Source of the DNA: a virus
Taxonomy: Duplodnaviria > Caudoviricetes
Length of the DNA stretch: 64,000 bases
Direction: 5' to 3' (one strand)
Virus record (IMG/VR): IMGVR_UViG_3300024259_001623
Below, piece by piece: positions 1-9,574 of this stretch. How positions within the stretch are numbered: the stretch's first letter is position 1; the number at the start of each line of letters is the position of its first letter. The notes under the pieces are model-generated. The model did no database searches. It worked only from the letters and a program-made list of their open reading frames with translations, and was not told the origin of the DNA. A program made the translations under genes and the position numbers.

Positions 1-1968
1 CTCATTATATTTAATCATGTTCTTGACAACTCTTTTTAACTCTTTATATTTCGAGCTAAAATAATATGGCAATTGACTTTCTCGTCTGTCATATCCAAAT
101 GCCGTTTTACTAGTAATAACATTAGGAGGCGACTGAACTCTCTTGAACACATTAATATTCATCAACTTAACAAACCACTCCAAGTCAACGATAAAAACTT
201 GAGGATCATCAATATTCCATCTCTTAATCATCTCCAAGCTAATATTCAGATTATCAGCTAAAGTCCCATCGATATACCATCTCAAAATCTCTTCTACAGA
301 TTTAATCCTATAATCCATAAATGCTTCTAACAAAGCACAATGATAACCGAACTTCATAGGATCAATCTGATCATTCTTCAACTCAGCAGAAGGTTTGATC
401 TGATCATCGTTAAAAACATTCAACGCATCAGGAATCATCTCATTCGGAATAACTTCATCATTGAAAATTTTATCATTCATAAAACGAGCTAATTCAAATA
501 CTTCTGTCTTTGTTAAATCTCCGATAGGAGCAATGGCTCCACCTACATCTCCATACAATGTAGCATAACCTAAAGCAGTCTCCAACTTATTACCATTATT
601 AGTAAACAATGCATTCTTTCTAGCGGCAATACCAGCCAAAACTACAGAACCTCTAATCCTAGCTTGTTCATTTTCTACATTTAAATCACTCGCTTCGCTA
701 CCAGAAGAATCCATAAACATTGAGGATACATCAAAAATATCATTAATAGGTATTACTGTATATTCAATACCCAACTTCTTCGCTATTTTAGCAGCAGCGT
801 TTTTAGTTTTATCTGAATTATATTGAGTTGGCATATTGATAGCTGAAACTTTATCTTTTCCAACTGCCTTAACCAGCAACGCTGCAACAACAGCACTATC
901 AACTCCACCAGACAATCCAATAACCCAATCATTATGGTCTTGTCTTCCCATAATGTCTTTAATATGTTGGATGCCTCTAATAATAGCTTGATATTTCTCT
1001 TTAATTACATTACGTTTTTCTCTTCTCTCTACATCATACTTGACATCAGAATCGATAACCAAAAGGTCTTCTTTATATGGTTCCCTAATCATAGAAAGAA
1101 TTTCACCTTCTCTACCATAATAAGTAGAGCCACCATCGAAGGTTACAACATTCTTTCCGTTATTCTGGGCACCAACGCAGTTAACATAAAAGAAAGGAAC
1201 CATAGCCTGACCATGCTTTTTAGCATTCTCTACCAAGTAATTAACAGCATTATCTCTGGCTTGATTCTTTCCATGAGTCCAAGGAGAAGCAGATATATTG
1301 ATAATAACATCTGCTCCATTTTTTAGTAATTCATTCGTAGGATTGATAGATTCGCCCCTATATCTATAATCTCTACACCACAAATCTTCGCATAATTCCA
1401 AGCCGATATTAACTTCTTTGCCCTCTATCTCTACACAAAAAGGCATAAAATAATCGTTTAATAAACCATAACCATATTCTTCATACAAATCTAATACAGA
1501 GAAAAAATATCTCTTATCGTCAAAAAATCTATAGTTTGGCAATAATGTTTTAGGTTGGATTCCGCTAGGAATAAATGAACTACTTCTGGATGTACATGAT
1601 CTTTTTACTTCTTTTTTATTTTGGTAGATATAAGCTGCATTATATTTTCTTTTCCTACCATCATGGTTCGGTTGCCAACCACGGGTCATTATGTTATGAG
1701 GAATAGATTCTTCCAGATATACATTGCCATAGATAACAATGATGCCGTCAGAAGCTTCTCTTAACTGTTTATTAAAAGACATGAGCCAACGACAATAATC
1801 ATCATCATTGTACTTGTCGCCTAAAAGATAACCACCAACACACATTTCTGGTGCAACTACTATATCACACCCCTTAGTTTTAGCCTTTTCTATAAAATTC
1901 AAAAGATTGCTAACATTTTTATAAGGGTTGCCAGGAACTACATCCATTTGAATTAATCCGACTTTCAT
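1..1968 (-). CDS. nadE: glutamine-dependent NAD+ synthetase (nitrilase + NAD synthase domains), 3' end runs off the window
   Basis: Absent from the ORF track because it has no stop in the window. Read by hand from ATG at 1968 (ATGA overlap with the upstream HNH stop): MKVGLIQMDVVPGN...PEMCVGGY...LCEDLW...SASPW (nitrilase), GLSGGVDSAVV (PP-loop), NNGNKLETALGYATLYGD; frame is still open at position 1. Confidence 0.95.
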   Translation of the reverse strand, partial: MKVGLIQMDVVPGNPYKNVSNLLNFIEKAKTKGCDIVVAPEMCVGGYLLGDKYNDDDYCRWLMSFNKQLREASDGIIVIYGNVYLEESIPHNIMTRGWQPNHDGRKRKYNAAYIYQNKKEVKRSCTSRSSSFIPSGIQPKTLLPNYRFFDDKRYFFSVLDLYEEYGYGLLNDYFMPFCVEIEGKEVNIGLELCEDLWCRDYRYRGESINPTNELLKNGADVIINISASPWTHGKNQARDNAVNYLVENAKKHGQAMVPFFYVNCVGAQNNGKNVVTFDGGSTYYGREGEILSMIREPYKEDLLVIDSDVKYDVERREKRNVIKEKYQAIIRGIQHIKDIMGRQDHNDWVIGLSGGVDSAVVAALLVKAVGKDKVSAINMPTQYNSDKTKNAAAKIAKKLGIEYTVIPINDIFDVSSMFMDSSGSEASDLNVENEQARIRGSVVLAGIAARKNALFTNNGNKLETALGYATLYGDVGGAIAPIGDLTKTEVFELARFMNDKIFNDEVIPNEMIPDALNVFNDDQIKPSAELKNDQIDPMKFGYHCALLEAFMDYRIKSVEEILRWYIDGTLADNLNISLEMIKRWNIDDPQVFIVDLEWFVKLMNINVFKRVQSPPNVITSKTAFGYDRRESQLPYYFSSKYKELKRVVKNMIKYNE

Positions 1969-2732
1969 CTATTTTTCCTTTTTTTATAAATTTTACCACA
2001 TAATTCACAAAAGAAATCTTCATCATGATTGCTCTTCATTATATTAACTATCCTGTGAACCCATTGTACATTTCCTATTTCATAACCTTTAGAACTATCT
2101 ATTCTATCTAAAGATGCTGTTGTTTTTCCTTGTCTAAACTCTTTACTGTTTTTGGCAAAATACAAACTCAAACCTGACAATGCACATTTACGATTTTGTT
2201 TCAAAAATAAATCCCAAATATATTTTAAATCTATTTTCAATTCATGATCATTGTTTTTAGCATTATGTTTTATTCTACACCAAATAGAGCCAGATATGTC
2301 TCCACACCCAGACCAACCTTTACTTTCTTTTCCTTTACGATGTTTAGTTGTTTTTCCAATGGAACATCCACAACCTATATAATGTCCACTTTTTAACTTA
2401 CCAGCATCTACAACTTTTTTATTTCCACAATCACAACGACATAACCATCTGATTTTAATTTGACCACCTTTGGTTCTTCTCCGTCCATATAGTTTTAAGA
2501 CAGTTAGTTTTTTGAATTTTTGACCTGCTAAATCTTCTATATTATCTCGTTGTTTTTTAAGACAACCACAGCTTTTAGTATGTCCGCTTTTTACTCTATA
2601 TTCTTCCAGTATTACTATTTTGCCGCATTCGCAGTGGCATTTACATCTAGCCTTTCCATTCTTACCTTTTTCAGCTTCTTCAACAACAGTTAATTTAGCA
2701 AATTTTTTACCTATAACATTTTCTTTTTTCAT
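1965..2732 (-). CDS. free-standing His-Me/HNH-type homing endonuclease
   Basis: Two KFxKLTV...CxCxCG...SCGC repeats and C-terminal SLDRIDSSKGYEIGNVQWVHRIVNIMK nuclease motif. Confidence 0.8.
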   Translation of the reverse strand: MKKENVIGKKFAKLTVVEEAEKGKNGKARCKCHCECGKIVILEEYRVKSGHTKSCGCLKKQRDNIEDLAGQKFKKLTVLKLYGRRRTKGGQIKIRWLCRCDCGNKKVVDAGKLKSGHYIGCGCSIGKTTKHRKGKESKGWSGCGDISGSIWCRIKHNAKNNDHELKIDLKYIWDLFLKQNRKCALSGLSLYFAKNSKEFRQGKTTASLDRIDSSKGYEIGNVQWVHRIVNIMKSNHDEDFFCELCGKIYKKRKNR

Positions 2733-2761
2733 AAGATTCTCCTGAATAATATTTCTGCTTT

Positions 2762-2792
2762 TATATTCAAGATCACCTATAAAATATCCTTT
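2762..2792 (-). promoter_or_regulatory. putative phage-sigma promoter (AAAGG-N19-GAATATA)
   Basis: Copy of a motif found 10 times upstream of genes; here upstream of the HNH/nadE pair. Confidence 0.55.
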
Positions 2793-2892
2793 TAAAAAAT
2801 ATTCCCGTTAACTGTTTAGAGGTTATTTTACTGGTTTCTCCGCTATAAGTAGAAAAATTATCCGCTGGTTCAGGGACAGGACGGAGGCCAGA

Positions 2893-3405
2893 CTACTTCT
2901 TAGGTTTGATTCTTTTTTCTATATCTGCAAGAATCAATTTAGGATCGCATTCTGGGCAATCATCGAATTGAATATCTTCTAAATCATATCCCTTAAATAG
3001 TTTAGGCCAACGTTTTTTGATATTAACAGCATCAGAACTTTTCTGAGGATTAGAACCATAATCATTACCATAGGCTTTTTTAGTATCTGTATTCCAAGTA
3101 TTACCATCTTTAGGAATGTAGCCTCTCAGGTTTTTGCCATCCCAATATATAATAAAGAAAACTGGCATTTCCCAATCACCACCGGCAACCCAACCCCAAT
3201 ACGGCAGACCATGACTAGTTACATTATAACCAGTTATATCTTTACAACCATTATAGCCGCTTCCCTTAACATATTCATAATTCTCAAAATCAAATTCGAC
3301 CTTAGATATATCTTTCTGTATCTTTTCTGGAAAATCCCATACATTAATATTATCAGTCTTTTTCATTAAAAATGGTAAACTATGACGCTCAAATTTTCTA
3401 GCCAT
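2893..3405 (-). CDS. hypothetical protein within the NAD gene cluster
   Basis: 170-aa ORF with GGAG RBS, between the Nudix gene and HNH/nadE; no motif recognised. Confidence 0.75.
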   Translation of the reverse strand: MARKFERHSLPFLMKKTDNINVWDFPEKIQKDISKVEFDFENYEYVKGSGYNGCKDITGYNVTSHGLPYWGWVAGGDWEMPVFFIIYWDGKNLRGYIPKDGNTWNTDTKKAYGNDYGSNPQKSSDAVNIKKRWPKLFKGYDLEDIQFDDCPECDPKLILADIEKRIKPKK

Positions 3406-3416
3406 TTATTGTCTCC

Positions 3417-3998
3417 TTAAATCCTACCAGACATTTTCAAATACATCCAACATTTAGCCCCAAGATGTGAGCCTTTGTCAATCTCTTGTTGAATTTGACC
3501 TTTTTCTAATGCCAGAACTTCGATATCTTCATCTGCTTCATTGAATTCAGTTGAGATTTCTCCATAAGCTTCCACGAAAACGCATACAACAGATTCATCT
3601 GACAGTCCAGCAGAATTACATAGCGGAGGACTAACATCTAAAACTCTTACCACTCCAAGACCAGTTTCTTCCTTAAACTCTCTAATAGCAGCTTGCCCTG
3701 GAGTTTCTCCTTCATCAATCAAACCGGCAGGGAATCCCAACTCATAACCATTCAGAGGAACCCTGAACTGCTTAATCAGAACAATTTTTTCATGTTCTGT
3801 TTGAACACTTTGAAAATATGTATCTTGTCCTAAAGTTCCAATGATTACTACGGCATCGGGCTTTGTCTTTGCCTCTACATTTTGATTCTTTCTGGAAGCA
3901 AAAATCCATCTTCCTTGACAATCCTTATGAGTATACTTAGACTCATAAAGATTTATGAATTTCTCATCAGTAATTTTTGTTGTTGTTGTAACTCTCAT
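3417..3998 (-). CDS. Nudix hydrolase, ADP-ribose pyrophosphatase (NudF-like)
   Basis: Nudix box GLIDEGETPGQAAIREFKEETG; QFRVP...ELGFPAG and SAGLSDE segments typical of ADPRases; translationally coupled to pncB. Confidence 0.8.
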   Translation of the reverse strand: MRVTTTTKITDEKFINLYESKYTHKDCQGRWIFASRKNQNVEAKTKPDAVVIIGTLGQDTYFQSVQTEHEKIVLIKQFRVPLNGYELGFPAGLIDEGETPGQAAIREFKEETGLGVVRVLDVSPPLCNSAGLSDESVVCVFVEAYGEISTEFNEADEDIEVLALEKGQIQQEIDKGSHLGAKCWMYLKMSGRI

Positions 3999-5218
3999 TA
4001 TTCATTCTCGCATAAAGGTTTATTCTGGAACATCCACTTGGCGACCTTAACAGCATCTTTATCGCCCGTTTCTTTTCCATCATCATCACTCAACTTAACA
4101 ACTTCAATTCCATTAACAGAACGAAGTTTAATAACCATATTCAAAGACTTACTGCCTTCAAAATCATTGGTAAAATTAGTTCCTATACCGAAAGAACATC
4201 TAATACCAATTTCTTTGCAGTAATGTTCTATTTCAATTGCTTTATCTGGATTCAATCCATCGCTGAAAATAATAACCTTACTCATAGGATCAATATTATT
4301 TTTCTTATAATGATAAACTATTTTATCAGCAAATTTAAAAGGATCACCGCTATCATGCCTAACGCCGTCATACAGTTTAGATAGCCTTAGATTGAAGTTT
4401 CCCAAAAACGCATCGGTACCAAAAGTATCAGTCAATGCAATACCAAGATCAGCATTATAAACTCTAACCCAATTTTGCAAAGCAAAATAGTTTGCATTTC
4501 TTAATCCTTCAAGAGCAGAACATCCCATGAACCATTCATGTGCCATCGTCCCGATAGGCTTAATACCATACTTTCTAGCAAAATAAACATTGCTTGTTCC
4601 CATAAATCTCTTGTTCCATTGGGTTAATCCCTGAGCATAAATAGCTTCATTAATAAAATTATCATGGAAATAATGACTTCTTCTTCGCCTAGTCCCAAAG
4701 TCAGCAAAAGTAACATTATTCTGTACTAACTTAGATACTTTTGCGTTAGCCTTGCGGCAGAAATCTGTATAATCTTTTTCCAAATCAGTTTCTACTGTAT
4801 TAAAGTAAATTTCGCTAATTGCTGCCATCAACGGGACTTCCCATAGAATCGTACTATGCCAAGGTCCGCTGACAGTAATAGACAAATTATTGTCATCATC
4901 AAGATCAATTTCAACCTCATCAGGATTGAACCTATAATCTTTAAGGTACTTAAGATAGGACTTTGTGAAGTAAGGACATGTAGCCTCTAAATATTCATAT
5001 TCACCGCTGGTCAACCTTAACGATGGCAAACCATAATTGATATAAGCTTCTAGCTCTGCCATGAACTTGACATTAAATCTTTGATCGCCTCTATTAGTAA
5101 ATCTGTACGTAACTTCTGCATCAGGGAACAGTTCCAAAACTGCTTGCTGCATTGACAGCTTGTAAGTATCTGTGTCTAATAGACTTACAGCTCTAATAAT
5201 TCTTTCATCGTTTTTCAC
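3998..5218 (-). CDS. pncB: nicotinate phosphoribosyltransferase
   Basis: [69 protein letters not shown]: NAPRTase pattern, not NAMPT. Confidence 0.92.
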   Translation of the reverse strand: MKNDERIIRAVSLLDTDTYKLSMQQAVLELFPDAEVTYRFTNRGDQRFNVKFMAELEAYINYGLPSLRLTSGEYEYLEATCPYFTKSYLKYLKDYRFNPDEVEIDLDDDNNLSITVSGPWHSTILWEVPLMAAISEIYFNTVETDLEKDYTDFCRKANAKVSKLVQNNVTFADFGTRRRRSHYFHDNFINEAIYAQGLTQWNKRFMGTSNVYFARKYGIKPIGTMAHEWFMGCSALEGLRNANYFALQNWVRVYNADLGIALTDTFGTDAFLGNFNLRLSKLYDGVRHDSGDPFKFADKIVYHYKKNNIDPMSKVIIFSDGLNPDKAIEIEHYCKEIGIRCSFGIGTNFTNDFEGSKSLNMVIKLRSVNGIEVVKLSDDDGKETGDKDAVKVAKWMFQNKPLCENE

Positions 5219-5262
5219 AATATTATTCCTTTTAAATATTTAGAATATTTCTTCTTTAAACT

Positions 5263-5937
5263 CTACAACCTTTCGGTCAACCATCCTTTATGATTTTTTC
5301 TTTCTCCATTTGCAACTTTTATCATATTTGATGGAGTTAAATTATGTTCTTCACAAAAAACAGATAGACCATTTTCTGTTATAAATATATTTCCATCTGG
5401 ATCAGTCACTTTATATTTTTTAATATTTATTTTTCCTTTTGAAGTTTTACTACATTTAATTCTTGTTTCCGGCTTTGTAATTCTTTTTTTTCTAGCAATA
5501 CTTAAATTCTTTTTATGTTTTTTAGAGAACTTCATTCCTTTTCTAGCTTCACTCATTTTTTTACGAGATTCTATTGAACGTTTTTGGCCTCTTCTTTTTT
5601 CAGCAGCTTTTTTTTGTATTTCCGGAGTTAAACCTTTTCCTCCTTCTCCACCGTTTGCTATGTTGCACATTTTAAGACCTTCTTGTCTAAATTTTGCAAT
5701 ATAGAATATTTCTCTGTCATCTACCTCTTTATCATTAAGGTCATTTTCCAAAACTATAAAATCAAAATCTCTACCCTCTTTCCATAATTTTCTTATTTTA
5801 TTTTGTAAATGATATCTACGTTTATAGGATTTAGCATCAGACCTATGATGCCTCATTCTATTATAAGTATTATTAGTTTTTCCAACATAAAAAATTAAAC
5901 GAGTATCAATTTCTATAAGTGCGTATATTGTATGCAT
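5263..5937 (-). CDS. GIY-YIG homing endonuclease with NUMOD3-type repeats
   Basis: TIY...FYVGKT N-terminus, NIANGGEG linker, SRKKMSEARKG-type repeats. Confidence 0.85.
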   Translation of the reverse strand: MHTIYALIEIDTRLIFYVGKTNNTYNRMRHHRSDAKSYKRRYHLQNKIRKLWKEGRDFDFIVLENDLNDKEVDDREIFYIAKFRQEGLKMCNIANGGEGGKGLTPEIQKKAAEKRRGQKRSIESRKKMSEARKGMKFSKKHKKNLSIARKKRITKPETRIKCSKTSKGKINIKKYKVTDPDGNIFITENGLSVFCEEHNLTPSNMIKVANGERKNHKGWLTERL

Positions 5938-5972
5938 ATTTTTTTAATCCTTATATAAGTTATTATCTAACT

Positions 5973-6003
5973 TATATATCGAATGTTTTATATGCTTTCC
6001 TTT
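5973..6003 (-). promoter_or_regulatory. putative phage-sigma promoter (AAAGG-N18-GATATATA)
   Basis: Motif copy upstream of GIY-YIG/pncB. Confidence 0.5.
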
Positions 6004-6042
6004 ATTTAAGATTAAAATTTATATAAATCATTGTCCGAAAAT

Positions 6043-6276
6043 TTATTCTTCCTTTTCTGGGTTAGCTAAGAGTAAAATCAAATCTCTAGCGGCTTGTTTA
6101 TCTCCACCACGGGCTTTTTGGGTTAACTCTTTTAATTTTGCGTCATATTCAGAAGTGACATTAGGATAAAAAATTTCCAATTGCTCTATAGCCCACTTCA
6201 CAGCTTGTATCGTTTTATCATCTGTAGAAGGCTTTTCGACAAATGCCTTGAGCAATGTCATGTTCTTATTTTCCAT
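6043..6276 (-). CDS. hypothetical protein
   Basis: ORF track 6043..6306; ATG at 6276 follows AAGGTGG and is the more plausible start. Confidence 0.6.
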   Translation of the reverse strand: MENKNMTLLKAFVEKPSTDDKTIQAVKWAIEQLEIFYPNVTSEYDAKLKELTQKARGGDKQAARDLILLLANPEKEE

Positions 6277-6297
6277 CTCTGCCACCTTATTCAAAAA

Positions 6298-6354
6298 ATG
6301 CTGCAAAAAATATTATAATCTTCTTGTGAAGAACCACAATATTCCTTGCAGCAT
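6298..6354 (-). other. 57-nt intergenic hairpin (26 bp, 5 G-U, 1 bulge, ACAA loop)
   Basis: ATGCTGCAAGGAATATTGTGGTTCTTC-ACAA-GAAGATTATAATATTTTTTGCAGCAT on the minus strand. Confidence 0.6.
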
Positions 6355-6359
6355 CAGGG

Positions 6360-6377
6360 AAAACCGCATTTTTGCGG
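6360..6377 (-). terminator. weak intrinsic terminator
   Basis: CCGCA-AAAA-TGCGG-TTTT right after the 6380 stop. Confidence 0.35.
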
Positions 6378-6379
6378 GA

Positions 6380-6664
6380 TTAAACGACCTTATAAGTCTG
6401 TCCGTTAAGCTTCAACTGTCTGATTCCCGAAACATTGACATTACGGAAGTTCTTCTTCGTCATGTCAAAAACAGTCATCAGTCCAGTTCCCTTGCGACTC
6501 TTCTTAGTTCCCTTAACTCCCTTACTGACTCCAGTTCGGCAGTTCATAGTTCGCAACTCGTTATTGCTTCGCTTGATAAAACTAACGGTCATAAACTTAC
6601 CCTTAGAATTCTGCATCTTTGTTACAGCTTCTTGAACAGTAATCTTCTTGCTTCTCGTACTCAT
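6380..6664 (-). CDS. small basic phage protein, SH3-like fold family
   Basis: GKFMTVSFIKRSNNELRTMNCRTGV...VFDMTKKNFRNVN pattern seen in small phage SH3-fold proteins. Confidence 0.55.
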   Translation of the reverse strand: MSTRSKKITVQEAVTKMQNSKGKFMTVSFIKRSNNELRTMNCRTGVSKGVKGTKKSRKGTGLMTVFDMTKKNFRNVNVSGIRQLKLNGQTYKVV

Positions 6665-6690
6665 CTTTTTCTCCTTGTTAAGATTTTAAT

Positions 6691-7617
6691 TTACCATGTT
6701 TTATATGCGTCTTTAATTATTTCCAAACTTTCTGAACTTCTTAAACCATAATTGGAACAAGACAAATCAACCATTTGTTTTCCATCGCAATAAGAAGACG
6801 GTCCTGCTTTGCATTCTACAGCATCAATATACATCGAAAATTTACCATCTTCTGTATCGAACAAACGATCAGGAATATCCGCCTCAAGTATCTGCTCTTC
6901 ATAAGTATAAGCAAGAACAGTATCTATTGACAATCTAGGAAGCTTTTCGCTTTCCTTGAGTTCTTTACAAATCTTAATCCAATTGTCGTTGTTTTCTGGA
7001 GTATAACTCGATCCTCTACCACTTTCTTTATATCCTAGCAGAGTAACTCCATAATATAGTTCATGGGCTTTTTCCAGTATCTCTTTTAAATCATGCTCCG
7101 AAGCAGAACCCATAACATAATGCAACTGCTTACAGAGTCTTTTACCCCAATAAGGATTGCTCTCGATACCATTGAACACCATGCATGATTCTAAAAGCTC
7201 AATATCTTCAACGCATTTAACTGAAAAAGCAAATGAACCACAGTTTTCTATGATGCCGGGCCATTTTCTAGCGTCCCTCATCCAATCCATAGATTTTGTA
7301 GTAAAATTAGGAACAACTCCTTGTTTCCTAAAAGCTTTCAGAATATCAACAAAATCTGGATGGCTAGTTGGTTCTCCACCACCTATTGCAACTTCAAATA
7401 CTCTCATTTCCTGCAATATATAAGCTATGTTTTCTATTGTATTTAAATCTGCATGACTTCCTTTAGTATCAGAATTCTGATAACAATTATGAACAAGAAT
7501 ATTATTTGCAAAATAATTATGTTCTGGAGTAGTTCCGATATTATAAACTTTACCTTTATAAGGGATCTTTTTAACAGATTTAACTTTTATTATGAACTTC
7601 GCCTTGTTAACTTTCAT
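6691..7617 (-). CDS. split intein C-part (44 aa) fused to the C-terminal portion of a radical SAM enzyme
   Basis: MKVN...KVKSVKKIPYKGKVYNIGTTPEHNYFANNILVHN|CYQNS (intein blocks F/G, HN/C junction at 7486/7485); then VAIGGGEPTSHP, VPNFTT radical SAM core. Confidence 0.9.
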   Translation of the reverse strand: MKVNKAKFIIKVKSVKKIPYKGKVYNIGTTPEHNYFANNILVHNCYQNSDTKGSHADLNTIENIAYILQEMRVFEVAIGGGEPTSHPDFVDILKAFRKQGVVPNFTTKSMDWMRDARKWPGIIENCGSFAFSVKCVEDIELLESCMVFNGIESNPYWGKRLCKQLHYVMGSASEHDLKEILEKAHELYYGVTLLGYKESGRGSSYTPENNDNWIKICKELKESEKLPRLSIDTVLAYTYEEQILEADIPDRLFDTEDGKFSMYIDAVECKAGPSSYCDGKQMVDLSCSNYGLRSSESLEIIKDAYKTW

Positions 7618-7636
7618 CTTTTTAATCCTTCTTTCC

Positions 7637-8596
7637 TTAATGTCTTTGAAAATCTACTTTTTTATGACAACTAACGCAATAAGTAATCCCTATTGCATTT
7701 TTATGTTCTTCTATAATTTGATCATTCACCCGTTCAAACTCTTCATAACTTAACAAATCCATTATTCTTCCATTTAATATCTTTTCTACAATATTTTGAA
7801 AAGTTGGACTTATATGATGAACTTCTAGACGACCTCCAACTGATCCACATTTACAACAGGTAAAATCATCTCTTTCTAAAATAGGTCTTATCCATGCCTT
7901 ATACAACCTAGATCGTATAACTTGACACCTATCCCTATTTCCTTTCCATAGATGATGATTTTTACCCCTGATATAAACAATTTCACCACTTTTAACTCTT
8001 CTTTTAATTGTTGCTTTTACTTTTGCGACTACATCTTTACGCTTCATAGGATTCTTTTCACCCTTCATCTTGTCAGACGCAAAACTAGAAAATTCTTCTG
8101 GAGTCATTCTTGTTACAGGCGTTTTAATTTTTTCATAATCATCGATATTAACTTCTTTTTTCATAAAAGTGGACGCCATCTTTGCCCTGACTTCTTTTCT
8201 CTTCATTGGATTATTTTGTTTCATTCTTTGCGAAGATTTTTTGTTATTTCCTTTTTTACAGATATCACATACATTGATATCAAATTCAGATAAAGTTTTT
8301 GTTTTCTTTTTTACAACTGTTTTTATAAATTTATTACACTTGCGACATTTCAAATCAATATTAATCTCTTTAAAATTATGAATCTTAATGTTTTTACAAT
8401 TACCACATAAAACTTCGTTTCTTTTACCTATGAATTCTTTATTACAATATTTACATTTTTTTGTTTTATTTTTTTTATGATATTGATCATTTCTTTTTTG
8501 TTTTTTACATTTTTCAGAACAATATTTTCCATTAGTTTTGGCAATAAATTGTTTTTTACATTTTCCGCAATATGCTATATGTCCCATAATGAACAC
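7637..8596 (-). CDS. HNH homing endonuclease between the split intein halves
   Basis: N-terminal CxxC zinc fingers; ILERDDFTCCKCG...LEVHHI...ITYCVSCHKKVD. Confidence 0.85.
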   Translation of the reverse strand: MFIMGHIAYCGKCKKQFIAKTNGKYCSEKCKKQKRNDQYHKKNKTKKCKYCNKEFIGKRNEVLCGNCKNIKIHNFKEINIDLKCRKCNKFIKTVVKKKTKTLSEFDINVCDICKKGNNKKSSQRMKQNNPMKRKEVRAKMASTFMKKEVNIDDYEKIKTPVTRMTPEEFSSFASDKMKGEKNPMKRKDVVAKVKATIKRRVKSGEIVYIRGKNHHLWKGNRDRCQVIRSRLYKAWIRPILERDDFTCCKCGSVGGRLEVHHISPTFQNIVEKILNGRIMDLLSYEEFERVNDQIIEEHKNAIGITYCVSCHKKVDFQRH

Positions 8597-8620
8597 TCCT
8601 TTAAACGAATATATGTATTT

Positions 8621-8652
8621 TATACATTCGCTAACTTAAAAAAGTATCCTTC
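8621..8652 (-). promoter_or_regulatory. putative phage-sigma promoter (GAAGG-N18-GAATGTATA)
   Basis: Motif copy upstream of HNH 7637..8596. Confidence 0.55.
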
Positions 8653-9574
8653 AAAATTTTAAAATATGATCATTTTCTTCAATATTTTCTGCTTTTATCC
8701 AGCCACGATTTAAAGTATATACTTCATGATTCGGAGTCAATTTAATTTCTGAGCCATCTTCTGCTTCAATAACTATTAAATCACCTTCATAATCTCTTTC
8801 AAAGATTTGTTCTGTAACTAATTCAACTCTTTTTTCTTCTTTATTATTATATCCATAAACTATATCATTAATCTTGATATCTTTTATAGCAACTTCTCCA
8901 TCTGGAGTTAAGATCATAGTCTCTGGGACTAAACAGAATTCGCAACCCTTGTCGCACCAATTGGTTATCTTCAAATCAACCAATTCAGGCGATGAAGATT
9001 TTGTATATTCTTCTTTAGTATCTTCAAAAGAGAACTTTACTTTCCCGCCAGTTTTTCTATTAAAAATAACCCACCAGATTCCATCTTTTCTTGCGATAAC
9101 ATCATCGTTGTGAAAATCCGTTTCCAATGGAAGTCTAAATGCTTGACCTTGATCAGTTAATGGATGACTCTCATCAGAATTATCATTACCACCTAAGATA
9201 ACCAAATCTTCTCTTAGCATATATTTTTTGAAATCTGCGAAAAATTCCTCATCAAAATAATCGCCTTTCCAATTAGTAGGAAGAGCTAAAACACTTTGAT
9301 GGTCAATATAAGCAGTTGTCGATTCGATATCAAGACCTGTAACTTCCTTTACAACCAATCTGGCGACTTTATCATTAAAAATATCTCTTAAATTATTGAA
9401 TAACGTAAGAGACAGATAATCTCCTTTAGATTCTTCAGAAGCAGCAGTAAAAAATCCCCATCCGAAATCTCCATCCGTAGCCATGTGATCGTCAGATATT
9501 CCATCTAAGAAAATCAACGAATGACTTGAGCTACTGTTAGTCGCTAAACCCAATCTTACTTTTGCTATATTCAT
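8651..9574 (-). CDS. radical SAM N-terminal portion (TNSSS-motif domain + CxxxCxx) fused to split intein N-part (94 aa)
   Basis: ...ELVDLKITNWCDKGCEF|CLVPETMILTPDG (block A, Cys1 codon 8933-8935)...IKLTPNHEVYT (block B TxxH)...GWIKAENI*. Confidence 0.9.
   Translation of the reverse strand: MNIAKVRLGLATNSSSSHSLIFLDGISDDHMATDGDFGWGFFTAASEESKGDYLSLTLFNNLRDIFNDKVARLVVKEVTGLDIESTTAYIDHQSVLALPTNWKGDYFDEEFFADFKKYMLREDLVILGGNDNSDESHPLTDQGQAFRLPLETDFHNDDVIARKDGIWWVIFNRKTGGKVKFSFEDTKEEYTKSSSPELVDLKITNWCDKGCEFCLVPETMILTPDGEVAIKDIKINDIVYGYNNKEEKRVELVTEQIFERDYEGDLIVIEAEDGSEIKLTPNHEVYTLNRGWIKAENIEENDHILKF

Noticed and set aside
2773-2895. 39 further open codons after the TAG stop of 2893..3405, suggesting TAG read-through or code 15
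   Set aside because: Long conserved genes (nadE, ligA, rIIA, cca) are intact in code 11, and other TAG stops are followed closely by further stops (e.g. ligase TAG TAA); there is no genome-wide sign of recoding.
3998-5218. Calling this gene NAMPT (NARP2) or looking for NARP1 Adps/Namat
   Set aside because: The motifs are those of nicotinate PRTase ([28 protein letters not shown]), and NadE is present, which is only needed for the deamidated route; no PRPS-like Adps was seen.
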